A stretch of DNA of 64,000 nt from Thiotrichales bacterium (GCA_947478175.1 CANJUQ010000002.1:49758-113757), one strand, 5' to 3'; shown: positions 42,710-52,966, counted from the first letter of the stretch. Translations and numbers: made by a program. The notes: a model not told the origin generated them from the letters alone.

Positions 42710-43909
42710 ATGGCCCGTGCGGTGATCTTAATGATGGATTCTTTCGGCGTTGGTGAAGCCAAAGACGCTGCAAAATTTGGAGATACAGGCGCAAATACTC
42801 TAGGCAGCATTCTCAAAACTACTCAAATTAAATTACCTAATTTAGCCCGATTAGGCCTGGAAAAAATCGCCGAAAGATCCCAAAAAAATCCAGGGCCCTT
42901 GGCTTATTCTTTAGGCTATAACGGCCCCATCGAAGCGGCTTATGGATTTGCTGATGAAATTAGCTTTGGCAAAGACACCCCCTCCGGGCATTGGGAAATG
43001 GCGGGTCTGCCGGTCTGTTATGACTGGGGTTATTTTAAAAATTTAAAAAATTCTTTTCCTGAAAAATTACTTGAAGATTTTATTCGTGAAGCCAAACTTC
43101 CTGGCGTTTTAGGCAACTGTCATGCGTCAGGAACAGAAATTATTAAAGACCTGGGAGACCTGCATGTTCAAACAGGCCAACCCATTGTTTACACCTCTGC
43201 AGATAGTGTTTTTCAAATTGCTGCTCATGAAGAAAGCTTTGGCTTAGAAAGACTCTATGAGATTTGCCATATCGCTCGAAAACTCGTCGATGAATACAAT
43301 ATTGGACGCGTCATCGCTCGGCCATTTATTGGGACCTCTGGGCATTACCAAAGAACCTCTCATCGCCATGACTATGCAACGCCTCCTCATGAAAAAACTT
43401 TATTGGATTATCTAATTGACGCAGGTCACAAAGTCATTGCGATTGGCAAGATCGCCGATATTTATGCACATCATGGGATTTCCCAAGAGATTCTTTCTGA
43501 AGATAACAATTCACTTTTTTCAGAGACTCTTAAAGCTTTTAGATCAGCCCCTGACAAAACTTTAGTCTTTACAAACTTTGTCGATTTTGATTCGAAATAT
43601 GGCCATCGCCGAGATCCTCAGGGCTATGCCAAAGCTTTAAAAGAATTCGATGACAGACTCCCCGAAATAGAAAAACTATTAGGCCCTGATGATCTTTTAT
43701 TAATTACTGCCGATCATGGCTGCGACCCTTTATTTCCAGGCTCTGATCACACCCGTGAAAGAGTGCCCATTATATTTAAAGGCCAGTCCATCCAACCTCA
43801 GTATTTAGGCCATTCGGAATGTTTTTCGGATATGGGCCAAACATTGGCAAAACATTTTGGAATCAAACCATTAGAACATGGGAAAATATTAGGGGACTAT
43901 AAACAATGA
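42710..43909 (+). CDS. deoB: Phosphopentomutase
   Basis: MDSFGVG, GKDTPSGHWE, YTSADS, TADHGCDP. Confidence 0.97.
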   Translation: MARAVILMMDSFGVGEAKDAAKFGDTGANTLGSILKTTQIKLPNLARLGLEKIAERSQKNPGPLAYSLGYNGPIEAAYGFADEISFGKDTPSGHWEMAGLPVCYDWGYFKNLKNSFPEKLLEDFIREAKLPGVLGNCHASGTEIIKDLGDLHVQTGQPIVYTSADSVFQIAAHEESFGLERLYEICHIARKLVDEYNIGRVIARPFIGTSGHYQRTSHRHDYATPPHEKTLLDYLIDAGHKVIAIGKIADIYAHHGISQEILSEDNNSLFSETLKAFRSAPDKTLVFTNFVDFDSKYGHRRDPQGYAKALKEFDDRLPEIEKLLGPDDLLLITADHGCDPLFPGSDHTRERVPIIFKGQSIQPQYLGHSECFSDMGQTLAKHFGIKPLEHGKILGDYKQ

Positions 43910-45684
43910 TTATCAGCACTCGCGTCGAACAACTTCGTCAACTCATGCGTTCTCACGGCATTGATTTTTACTATGTGCCTTCTTCCGATGCTCACCAAAA
44001 TGAATATGTCCCCGAGTGCTGGCAACGTCGTCCTTGGATCAGTGGTTTTACAGGCTCAGCAGGAGATGTCTTAGTTGGTTTGAATCAAGCTTATTTGTGG
44101 ACCGATGGTCGTTATTTTTTACAAGCAGAAACCGAGCTAGATCCTCAGACTTATCAGCTCATGAAACGCCAACAAGGCTCTGGAAATTCTTTTTTTGATT
44201 TTATTTCCCAGCAGCCTAAACACACGAAACTCGGCGTAGACCCTCAAACTTTGAGCACTCAAGAAGCTGGGAAATTAGAACAAATCTTAAAAGACATAGA
44301 AGGCGAATTAATTTCTATTGATCAAAATCTAATTAGCCAGATTCAAACCCCAGCGCTTTCTTTACCTAAAAATCCCGTCCGCTTAGCTGATTTAAAAACC
44401 GCAGGGCAATCCGCCCATGAAAAAATCCAAAATATTCAAACCATTTTAAAAGCTGAACATATCGACCATTTGATTATTAATACTTTGGATTCGATTGCTT
44501 GGTTATTAAATATTAGAGGCCATGATATTGCGTTTAATCCTTTGGTTTTAAGCTATCTAATAATCGACCAAGATAAAATTCACTGGTTTGTAGATCTAAA
44601 CAAACTTAGCCCTGAATTATTAATTTATTGCCAAGCTGAACAGATCTCCGCCCATGCCTATGAAAACTTTGGGCCTGTTTTAAAACATCTGACCGGCCAT
44701 GTGTGGATCGACCCTGCGTCGGCCAGTGTTTGGATTAAAAATTCACTGAAAAACGCCCGCGTGCTAATTCAGAAAAAATCACCCATAGAATTACTGAAAG
44801 CCTGTAAAAATCTTTCTGAAATAAACGGATTCCAAGAAGCCCATATCAAAGACGCAGTGTCTTTAATTAACTTTTTCTACTGGCTTGAAAAAAATCAAAA
44901 TTGGAAAAATCTGACTGAATATTCTGTCGGTCAAAAACTTTTAGAATTCAGATCTCAAGATCAAAATTTCGAAGGCCCTAGTTTTGACACCATTGCCGGC
45001 TATGGAACTAACAGTGCTGTGATTCACTATCGAGCTCAAGAAAATTCCGCGAAAAAATTATCAGATCAAAATTTATTTTTATTAGATTCCGGTGGGCAAT
45101 ATCCCCAAGGAACCACGGATATTACGCGCGTGTTTCATTTTGGAGTCCCAACGACTGACCAGAAAAAACATTACACCTTGGTTTTAAAAGGCCATTTAGC
45201 TTTGGCTAGAGCTGTCTTTGTTCAGGGGACCACGGGGATGCATTTAGATACCCTAGCGAGACAGTTTTTATGGGAAGCCGGCTTAGATTTCTTACACGGA
45301 ACGGGCCATGGCGTAGGCTGTAATCTTTGTGTTCACGAAGGCCCTCAAAGAATCTCTCCCGCTTTTAATACTCAAGCTTTATTACCTGGCATGGTGGTCA
45401 GCAATGAACCAGGGGTCTATTTCCCAGGAAACTATGGCATTCGAATTGAAAATCTTTGCGTGGTGAAAGAAAAATTCCCGAAAGATTCTCACGGCATTGG
45501 CGTGGGGCCATTCTTAGGCTTTGAAGATTTAACTCTGGTTCCCTATAGCCAGAATTTAATTGATTTTAATTTATTAAATCCCCAAGAAATTTCTCAAATT
45601 AATCAATATCACCAAAGGGTTTTAAATACAGTTGGACCGAGATTAAAGCCTGAAGTTAAAGCCTGGTTGGAATCAAAAATTTAA
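43906..45684 (+). CDS. Xaa-Pro aminopeptidase (M24B)
   Basis: DAHQNEY, WTDGRY, DSGGQY..GTTDITR, HGTGHGVG, VHEGP, NEPG. Confidence 0.95.
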   Translation: MIISTRVEQLRQLMRSHGIDFYYVPSSDAHQNEYVPECWQRRPWISGFTGSAGDVLVGLNQAYLWTDGRYFLQAETELDPQTYQLMKRQQGSGNSFFDFISQQPKHTKLGVDPQTLSTQEAGKLEQILKDIEGELISIDQNLISQIQTPALSLPKNPVRLADLKTAGQSAHEKIQNIQTILKAEHIDHLIINTLDSIAWLLNIRGHDIAFNPLVLSYLIIDQDKIHWFVDLNKLSPELLIYCQAEQISAHAYENFGPVLKHLTGHVWIDPASASVWIKNSLKNARVLIQKKSPIELLKACKNLSEINGFQEAHIKDAVSLINFFYWLEKNQNWKNLTEYSVGQKLLEFRSQDQNFEGPSFDTIAGYGTNSAVIHYRAQENSAKKLSDQNLFLLDSGGQYPQGTTDITRVFHFGVPTTDQKKHYTLVLKGHLALARAVFVQGTTGMHLDTLARQFLWEAGLDFLHGTGHGVGCNLCVHEGPQRISPAFNTQALLPGMVVSNEPGVYFPGNYGIRIENLCVVKEKFPKDSHGIGVGPFLGFEDLTLVPYSQNLIDFNLLNPQEISQINQYHQRVLNTVGPRLKPEVKAWLESKI

Positions 45685-46406
45685 GCCCACACTGTCTTGA
45701 TCTTAATTTTTAAAGCTTCTTCCAAATGCTCTGGAATATTTGAAAGATCAATCAATCTTTGATTTCTTTCAAAATGGTTTTGAATCTTTCCACCAGCTGG
45801 ATGGGGTTGATCGAACATCTTTTGGCGTTCTTGTTCGTTTTCAAAAATAAGCTTTAAGCGCTTAGTTAAAACTCGAGGATAAGCTGAAGGGATATTATCT
45901 CCGCGATCGCCCCGAATGCATTTAAGAAATAAATCAAATTTAACGTTCTGAGCCGGACGCCTATAAGTCTGGGTTCTGGGATCAAAAAGCCAAACTTGGT
46001 CATTCATCAGCTGCTCAAAATCTTTGTCTGAACTGACAATAATTTTATGGCCCGGTAAATATTGCGTCAGGGCATAGATGACATCGTCAGCTTCACAGCC
46101 GTCATGCTCTAAGCAGTGCTTAATATGTTTTGTTTTGTAATGCCCAATCGCCCGCCTCACTAAGCGCTTGAGGGTGTCCTCTTGGCGATGGGCTTTATAG
46201 TCGGGAAAAATATCTTTTCGCCAATAACTCGAAGCATCACAGGCAAAAATAAAACGATCGGGAGAAAACATGCGATACCAAGTTCGCATATAAACCGCCG
46301 CACGTTCGGCGAGTTCTTCGGCAGCGGAATCATTATCAACCAAGGGATCTTGTCGGTAGCCACTTAGATACATGATGTTAGAGAGATCAAAAATAAGAGT
46401 GCGCAT
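45681..46406 (-). CDS. 5'-3' exonuclease/flap endonuclease, T4 RNase H-like
   Basis: IFDLSN, YWRKDIFPDYKAHR, EADDVI, SSDKDF, GDRGDNIP, ERNQRLIDL. Confidence 0.85.
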   Translation of the reverse strand: MRTLIFDLSNIMYLSGYRQDPLVDNDSAAEELAERAAVYMRTWYRMFSPDRFIFACDASSYWRKDIFPDYKAHRQEDTLKRLVRRAIGHYKTKHIKHCLEHDGCEADDVIYALTQYLPGHKIIVSSDKDFEQLMNDQVWLFDPRTQTYRRPAQNVKFDLFLKCIRGDRGDNIPSAYPRVLTKRLKLIFENEQERQKMFDQPHPAGGKIQNHFERNQRLIDLSNIPEHLEEALKIKIKTVWA

Positions 46407-46416
46407 CAGTTCTTTC

Positions 46417-47103
46417 TCACCACCCCATGACTTGTTTTACAAACGGGACGGTGACTTTCCGATGATGATGGATCGAAGCTTGTTTTAATTTTTTCATGAT
46501 TTCGCCTAAAGACGCCATGTCTCGTTTAGAACGATGCAATAAAAATTCACCGACTTCTTGTGGGAACACCATGCCAATTTCATGCGCTTGTCTTTGTAAA
46601 ACACTTAAAGCATCCACACCCACTAACGACTCAACTTTAAGACTCAAGCTCCAGGCCAATCTCGAAGTCAGATCACTTAAGGCAAAATTGAGATGGACTG
46701 GTAACTGGGTTCCGGCCATTAAGACTCTCGTTCCCCGAATAAAGCTGGCGTTATAAAGATGAAATAAAGCTTCTTCCCATTTGAGATCCCCGGCGATGGC
46801 GTCGACATCGTCTAAACAAATTAAAGAAAGCGTCTCTAAGTTATGCAGCATCTCTTCGTGATAGTCCGAGCGATCTTTCAGGCTGACATAAATGGCTGAT
46901 TCATGACGCTTCATGACTTCAACACAAGCGCCTTGTAACAAATGTGTTTTGCCAGCACCCTTAGGGCCATAGAGATAAACAAACCGCTCGCCTTCCCAAT
47001 GAAGTAAGCGCTGGAGATGTAATAAAACATTCTCGTTTTTTTTGGGATAGAAATTATCCAATCCTACTGAAGGCTCAAGTTCTAAACCGAGCGACAGCTG
47101 CAT
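46417..47103 (-). CDS. hda: DnaA regulatory inactivator Hda
   Basis: N-terminal clamp motif QLSL, GAGKTHLL, CLDDV, EEALFHLYN, DLTSRL. Confidence 0.95.
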   Translation of the reverse strand: MQLSLGLELEPSVGLDNFYPKKNENVLLHLQRLLHWEGERFVYLYGPKGAGKTHLLQGACVEVMKRHESAIYVSLKDRSDYHEEMLHNLETLSLICLDDVDAIAGDLKWEEALFHLYNASFIRGTRVLMAGTQLPVHLNFALSDLTSRLAWSLSLKVESLVGVDALSVLQRQAHEIGMVFPQEVGEFLLHRSKRDMASLGEIMKKLKQASIHHHRKVTVPFVKQVMGW

Positions 47104-47202
47104 GGAGATATCTTCTGTCAGAGTCAAAACTCAGTCACCGGTAGGCAAAAATGGGGGGCGATGATACCATGATTCGCTCTGTTTTCACCCTGAGCTTTTA
47201 CT

Positions 47203-48936
47203 TTGAAAAGTCTCCCCTCTTTCTCCCGTCCTCGATATTGGGTTTTGGCCCTTTTACTCTTAATCATTTTTTTATCTGTGATTGCCCGATTGATTTATTT
47301 AACTTATGGCAATCGCGATTTTTTGATAAACCACGCGATCTCCCAGTCCATTCATAAGCATATTCTCCCCGCAGATCGTGGGATAATTTATGATCGTAAC
47401 GGCATTGCTTTAGCGATTAGTACGCCCGTCGATAATATTGTTCTAGATCCTAAAGTCTTTGTTCAAGATCCCAGTAAATTTGAGTTATTAACGCAAGTCC
47501 CCTGTTTAAATTTATCTATGACAAATCTGCTGACTATTTTAAAAAATAACTCCAATAGCGTTTTTTATTACATTGCGAAACAAGTCCCACCCAACTGCGC
47601 CGATCAAATAACGGATTTAAGACTGGCGGGTGTTTATGCCGAACTCCAACAAAAAAGCTTTTATCCCATTGGCCCGGCTTTGGCTCAGCTAGTTGGATTT
47701 ACCAATGATGCTAATCAAGGCGCTTCAGGCTTAGAGCTTTCTCTTAACTCACAACTCCAGGGAACCAGCGGTTTAGCCTGGGTCGAAGAAGATGGCATGG
47801 GACGTATTTTAAAAATTAAACAAATTATTCGTCCGCCCGTTCATGGCCAAGATGTGACGCTCAGTATTGATAGCCGTTTACAAACGATTGCCTATGAAGC
47901 TCTGAAAGAAAAAATAACTGAAACCCAGGCAGATTCAGGATCTTTAGTGGCTATAGATGTCAAAACAGGGGAAGTTTTAGCTGCTGTGGCTTACCCAAGC
48001 TTTAATCCCAATGACCCGAATGATCGCGTGGGCAGCAAAGTTAAAAATTTAGTCTTTACAGATGCTTTTGAACCGGGCTCAACCATGAAAGTTTTAACCT
48101 TGGCAGCAGGACTCGAAAGTGGGTTATTTACACCCGATACACCGATTAATACTTCGCCCGGTCGAATTATGGTGGGAGGCCATCAAATTCATGATGACAG
48201 TGATTATGGCCAACTGACCATGACGTCTGTTTTGACTAAATCTTCCAATATTGGCGCATCCAAAATAGCCCTCGCGATTCCTCACCAATTATTATTTGAT
48301 CAAATCGAAAAAGCTGGTTTTGGAATACCGCCAACCACTCAATTCCCTGGAGCGACGGGGGGAATTCTTCACTCGGTCGATCATATGGGTGATTTTGAAT
48401 ATGCGACCATGAGCTTTGGCTATGCCATCTCAGCGTCTTTATTACAAATGGCCAAAGTCTATGCAGCCATTGCTAACGGCGGGATCATTCATACGCCTAG
48501 CTTATTAAAACTAACCCAACCGCCCGTTGATTCTCGCCTGATGCCAGCAGCCGTCGCTGCTCAGCTCATGGTCATGTTGCATACCGTTGTCAGTTTCCAA
48601 GGAACAGGCTTACTGGCCAATATTCCTGGCTATCAAGTCGCAGGAAAAACAGGAACAGCGCATTTGATTGGCGACAAGGGTCTGTATGTCAATCATTACA
48701 ACGCCATCTTTATTGGCATTGCACCGTATCAAAATCCGCGTGTTGTCATTGCCGTGAGAATTCAGAATCCGAAAGGCCATTTCAATTCTTTCGGAGGCGT
48801 CTCTGGCGCACCTATTTTCGCCAAAACCGCATCGGCTGCGATGGCTTTGTTAAATGTCCCACCCACAGAACCTCAAGTGGATATCGATTTCTTTAAGAAA
48901 GAACATACGTTCTTGCAGCAGATTATTAATGCCTAA
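47203..48936 (+). CDS. Class B penicillin-binding protein (FtsI-like)
   Basis: RGIIYDRNG, EPGSTMK (SxxK), KSSN (SxN), GKTGT; not in a dcw cluster. Confidence 0.92.
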   Translation: MKSLPSFSRPRYWVLALLLLIIFLSVIARLIYLTYGNRDFLINHAISQSIHKHILPADRGIIYDRNGIALAISTPVDNIVLDPKVFVQDPSKFELLTQVPCLNLSMTNLLTILKNNSNSVFYYIAKQVPPNCADQITDLRLAGVYAELQQKSFYPIGPALAQLVGFTNDANQGASGLELSLNSQLQGTSGLAWVEEDGMGRILKIKQIIRPPVHGQDVTLSIDSRLQTIAYEALKEKITETQADSGSLVAIDVKTGEVLAAVAYPSFNPNDPNDRVGSKVKNLVFTDAFEPGSTMKVLTLAAGLESGLFTPDTPINTSPGRIMVGGHQIHDDSDYGQLTMTSVLTKSSNIGASKIALAIPHQLLFDQIEKAGFGIPPTTQFPGATGGILHSVDHMGDFEYATMSFGYAISASLLQMAKVYAAIANGGIIHTPSLLKLTQPPVDSRLMPAAVAAQLMVMLHTVVSFQGTGLLANIPGYQVAGKTGTAHLIGDKGLYVNHYNAIFIGIAPYQNPRVVIAVRIQNPKGHFNSFGGVSGAPIFAKTASAAMALLNVPPTEPQVDIDFFKKEHTFLQQIINA

Positions 48937-49028
48937 AAATAATTTCAAAAAATAAAATCACGAAATTGGAACCAGTTTTGTGGAAAAAATCACGTTTTAG
49001 GAACATAACTCATCCTAATGAGTAAAAA

Positions 49029-49069
49029 ATGACATCGACATGCTGTAAATTACAGCATGCTCATGTCAT
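49029..49069. promoter_or_regulatory. 41-bp imperfect palindrome (operator-like)
   Basis: ATGACATCGACATGCTGTAA-A-TTACAGCATGCTCATGTCAT, 17/20 arm match, 42 bp upstream of the ATPase start. Confidence 0.7.
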
Positions 49070-49111
49070 AATTTACATGTCTCGCTAGTTATTTCAGCAG
49101 GTACATAAGTA

Positions 49112-50365
49112 ATGCGTCCCATCTCTGAATTATTGATTGAATCTCTTGGTTTTTTTCCAGCTGTTTTACTTTTGGGTGCCAGGCAAATCGGCAAATCAAC
49201 ACTTGCCAAAGAATTAATTTCACAAAAAATCTTAGATCAATACGTTACTTTGGATGATTTAACGACACTCTCAGCCTTCAAAGCAGACCCCGATGGCACA
49301 CTGGCTTCTTTTACCAATCGAATTGCTCTTGATGAGATACAGCGTGTGCCTGATTTGATGCGAGCCTTGAAAAAAAACATTGATGAAAATCGCCAGAACG
49401 GCCGTTTTTTACTGACCGGTTCCACCAATGTCCTGTCACATCCTGAGGTCACTGAAAGCCTCACAGGACGATTAGATATATTCATTCTCGAGGGTTTGGG
49501 TATTGCAGAATTAAATAATCGACCCAGTCCACGAGCTTTAAAAATCTTGCTACAAGAATCTGTAGAAAGTTTTACAAATCACTTAATCCAATCATCGAAA
49601 GAAATCCCTCCATTAAGACCAGCTGATCTATGGGAAGCTATTTTTTTTGGCGGCTACCCAGAAATTGCTTTGGCTAAAAATATTAATTTTAAAGAACGTT
49701 ATTTTCAGGCCTATCAAACCACTTACATTGAAAAAGATGTTCGAGATCTTTCCAAGGGAATCGATATTGTCCAATTTGCTCAAGTGGCTAAAGCCTTTTT
49801 TATTCAGTCAGGCAAGTTAATCAATTTTTCCAACATGGCTAATGACCTGCAGTTAGATCAAAGATCCATCAAACGCTATTCAGAGCTTTTAGAGGCCACT
49901 TTCCAAATTGTATTTTTACAACCCTGGTCTCGTAACACGCTTAAAAGAATCATCAAAACACCCAAGGTTTATGCCAAAGACTCTGGCTTCATGAGCTTTA
50001 TTCATCGTGTTTTATCACCCGAAAACTTACCAGAATCTTCCTGTTTTGGCGAAGCGCTTGAGACTTTTGTTTTTACAGAATTACGAAAACAAACCCAAAT
50101 GATTCCAGGGCTCTCTACTTATTTTTATCGAACCCACCTGGGAAAAGAGGTCGATTTTGTTTTGGAATATGGCGAAAAATTAATTGGCCTTGAACTAAAA
50201 GCCGCTACTAGCGTCAATGCAAAAGATTTTGCAGGGCTTCAGGATCTAGAAGAAGCTAATCAGGGAAAACTAGAATTAGGCATTGTTTTATACCAAGGCA
50301 CCGAAATCCTCCCTTTTGGAAAAAACAAATTAGCGGTGCCTCTTAAATATTTTCTATTTGCATAA
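49112..50365 (+). CDS. AAA_14 ATPase with DUF4143 domain
   Basis: GARQIGKST, LDEIQR, LTGS, ESLTGR, GGYPE, KTPKVY..DSG, EVDFV...ELK. Confidence 0.9.
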   Translation: MRPISELLIESLGFFPAVLLLGARQIGKSTLAKELISQKILDQYVTLDDLTTLSAFKADPDGTLASFTNRIALDEIQRVPDLMRALKKNIDENRQNGRFLLTGSTNVLSHPEVTESLTGRLDIFILEGLGIAELNNRPSPRALKILLQESVESFTNHLIQSSKEIPPLRPADLWEAIFFGGYPEIALAKNINFKERYFQAYQTTYIEKDVRDLSKGIDIVQFAQVAKAFFIQSGKLINFSNMANDLQLDQRSIKRYSELLEATFQIVFLQPWSRNTLKRIIKTPKVYAKDSGFMSFIHRVLSPENLPESSCFGEALETFVFTELRKQTQMIPGLSTYFYRTHLGKEVDFVLEYGEKLIGLELKAATSVNAKDFAGLQDLEEANQGKLELGIVLYQGTEILPFGKNKLAVPLKYFLFA

Positions 50366-50373
50366 AAAAAAAT

Positions 50374-51600
50374 TTAATTTTTCGACAAAACAACCCAATA
50401 AATCCCAACAATCAAAACCATCAAACCCGCATCCACGCTCAAAATCGGCAAAGCGTTTTTAAGTGGAATCAAAGTCACCAGAAAGCTCATCAAGCTAGTA
50501 ATGGTCATATTAATTAAATACATGACCGCCGTAGCTGTCCCTTGAATATGTCTAAACAAAGTCATCCCTTTGCCCATGGACAGGGGAAATAAAAAACCAC
50601 AGCACCCAAAAGTCACCAAGCTTATAAAAATCATTAATATTAAATTCAAATCTTGAGACAAATCTTTAATAAAAAACCCGGCTAATAAACCCAACATTAC
50701 AACCACAAAAACAACATGAATAACTCCAAAAAAAATCTGCCTGGGTTGTTTCTTTTTTAATAAATAGCGACATAAAAAAGTCGCAGCCAAAAAACAACAG
50801 CCTAATAACAAAGCCAAATGCCCAAAGAAAATCGATGTATGCCCCAGCACGGTTTGAATTAAAAATGGCCCAAGGGTTTGAAACGTAATAATCAAGGCAT
50901 AAGCCAGGCCCATTAAAACCGCCAACATCACAAATAATGGATTCGAGAGCACTTCTTTCATATTTTTTCGAATGGTTTTGACATTCAACGGCTGCAAATG
51001 ATGATGCGTCTCAGGAATGATTTTCCAAACAATCACTAAACCCAAAAAAGCAACGATCGCAAAAAAATAAAACCCTGCTTTCCAGCCAAAATAAAATTGC
51101 AAATAGCCCCCTATCACCGGCCCTATGACAGGCCCTAGCCCCCACATGGTCCCAATTAAAGTCCCCATATGAACTAGGCGTTCTGCAGGCAAAATATCTG
51201 ACAAAACTGCACGAATTAACACGGCAAATCCGCCCAAAGTCACACCCTGGAAAAAACGCATGGTTAATAAAAAATCCATGTTGGGAAATAATGCCGGCAA
51301 AAGACTACAAAGAACAAAACCGATTAACATGCCGCGAATTAAAAGCTTTCGACCCCATGCGTCAGTCAAAAACCCCGTTAAAAAATTACCGAGGCCATAT
51401 CCCAAAATATAAATAGAAACCAAATCCCCAGAAATTTTATTAGACACATGAAAATATTGAGCGATGGGAGGCAGAGACGGCGCAATCAAATCAATGGCAA
51501 AACCGACCAGCGGCATTAAGAATAAGAGAACCCAAACAATCAAACGAGTATTCAACGGGGTTTCTAATTTTTGAGAAGATTTCAGGGAAGCTATCGACAT
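50374..51600 (-). CDS. MFS drug:H+ antiporter (Bcr/CflA-like)
   Basis: IDLIAPSLP, TDAWGRK, GPVIGG..FGWK, IPET. Confidence 0.9.
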   Translation of the reverse strand: MSIASLKSSQKLETPLNTRLIVWVLLFLMPLVGFAIDLIAPSLPPIAQYFHVSNKISGDLVSIYILGYGLGNFLTGFLTDAWGRKLLIRGMLIGFVLCSLLPALFPNMDFLLTMRFFQGVTLGGFAVLIRAVLSDILPAERLVHMGTLIGTMWGLGPVIGPVIGGYLQFYFGWKAGFYFFAIVAFLGLVIVWKIIPETHHHLQPLNVKTIRKNMKEVLSNPLFVMLAVLMGLAYALIITFQTLGPFLIQTVLGHTSIFFGHLALLLGCCFLAATFLCRYLLKKKQPRQIFFGVIHVVFVVVMLGLLAGFFIKDLSQDLNLILMIFISLVTFGCCGFLFPLSMGKGMTLFRHIQGTATAVMYLINMTITSLMSFLVTLIPLKNALPILSVDAGLMVLIVGIYWVVLSKN

Positions 51601-51745
51601 GATTCAACCTCATGTATTTTTCTAAGTGTTTTAAAACAGGCAACAACTTGGAATACAAAACTCCTTTCGTCAATTTAATCTTGTACATACCGACTCTGAT
51701 CAGTACCCTAGCGTCCGTTTTTAATCCACAGGAGGAAATCTAACC

Positions 51746-52327
51746 ATGTCTTTTACCTTACCTGCCCTACCTTATGCCAAAGATGCTTTAGTACCCCATA
51801 TCAGTGCTGAAACCCTGGAATATCACTACGGCAAGCACCATCAGGCTTATTTAAATAATCTCAATAATTTAATCCCCGGCTCACCCTTTGAAAAATTATC
51901 ACTAGAAGAAATCCTCTTGAAATCTTCAGGCGCTATTTTTAATAACTCAGCCCAAGTCTGGAACCATACGTTTTACTGGGAAAGCTTAAGCCCCAATGGC
52001 GGTCATGCCCCTAAAGGCCAACTCGCCGATGCGATTAATCAAACCTTCGGTTCTTTCGAAAAATTCAAAGAAGCTTTTACACAGAAAGCAACGACAAATT
52101 TTGGTTCAGGTTGGACCTGGTTAGTTAAAAATAAATCAGGCCAATTAGAAATTATCAATACTTCGAATGCTGCGAATCCTATGACCGACGGACACAAACC
52201 ACTCATTACTTGTGATGTCTGGGAACATGCGTATTACATTGATTATCGCAATGCGCGTCCTAAATATGTCGAAGCATTTTTTGCCTTGGCCAACTGGGCT
52301 TTTGCGGAGAAAAATTTCGAGGCATAA
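51746..52327 (+). CDS. sodB: Fe superoxide dismutase
   Basis: [24 protein letters not shown]; AGGAGG RBS. Confidence 0.96.
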   Translation: MSFTLPALPYAKDALVPHISAETLEYHYGKHHQAYLNNLNNLIPGSPFEKLSLEEILLKSSGAIFNNSAQVWNHTFYWESLSPNGGHAPKGQLADAINQTFGSFEKFKEAFTQKATTNFGSGWTWLVKNKSGQLEIINTSNAANPMTDGHKPLITCDVWEHAYYIDYRNARPKYVEAFFALANWAFAEKNFEA

Positions 52328-52387
52328 ATAAACAATCAATTAAATAAAATTAAATTAAATTAAATTAAATTAAAAAAAGGATCCCTC

Positions 52388-52891
52388 ATGTCAGGCATGA
52401 CTCCAGAACAAATGTTTCTTCATTTCGAAAATTATTCTTTAAAAAAACTCAAAAAAATTCTCACCCCAATACATCTTCAATATAAAGCCCCCTGGGGAAC
52501 CACTCTCTTACATCTGGCAGCGATGCGAGATAAAGCAGACGAGGGTCCTGAGATTCTGAAATATTTAATTAAATTAGGCGGGGCAAGTTTAAATTTAAAT
52601 ATTCGCAATAATTACGGCACCAGCCCCTATTGGGCCGCCAAATTCCTGGGATGCGAAAGCCAAGCGGCTTATTTATATCAACAAGGTGCTGACCCTGAAT
52701 TCAAGCTGGCTCCTCCACCTCTGCGGACAACTCCCCTTAAAACACTTCGAACTCCTCCTCTTCCGACTATTCCAGAAGACTTTTCTGAAGAATTTTCTAA
52801 TAAAAGCACTGCTTTTAAGCAATATCTCAAAAAAAATCCTTCGCCTACTTCTATTGCTCAGAGCTCCCCCTCCAGCGTGACTGCCTGTTGA
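52388..52891 (+). CDS. Ankyrin-repeat protein with Pro/Ser-rich tail
   Basis: GTTLLHLAA, NIRNNYGTSPYWAA...GADP. Confidence 0.8.
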   Translation: MSGMTPEQMFLHFENYSLKKLKKILTPIHLQYKAPWGTTLLHLAAMRDKADEGPEILKYLIKLGGASLNLNIRNNYGTSPYWAAKFLGCESQAAYLYQQGADPEFKLAPPPLRTTPLKTLRTPPLPTIPEDFSEEFSNKSTAFKQYLKKNPSPTSIAQSSPSSVTAC

Positions 52892-52966
52892 AACCCTCCA
52901 AAGGGTCGCCTAGGCTCGGGCCTTCTTTTTCAGATTGTCAAAAATAAGTCCCTTTGGAGATTTCCC

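Noticed and set aside
52865-52891. CaaX prenylation motif on the ankyrin protein
   Set aside because: Ends SVTAC; the Cys is terminal, not at position -4
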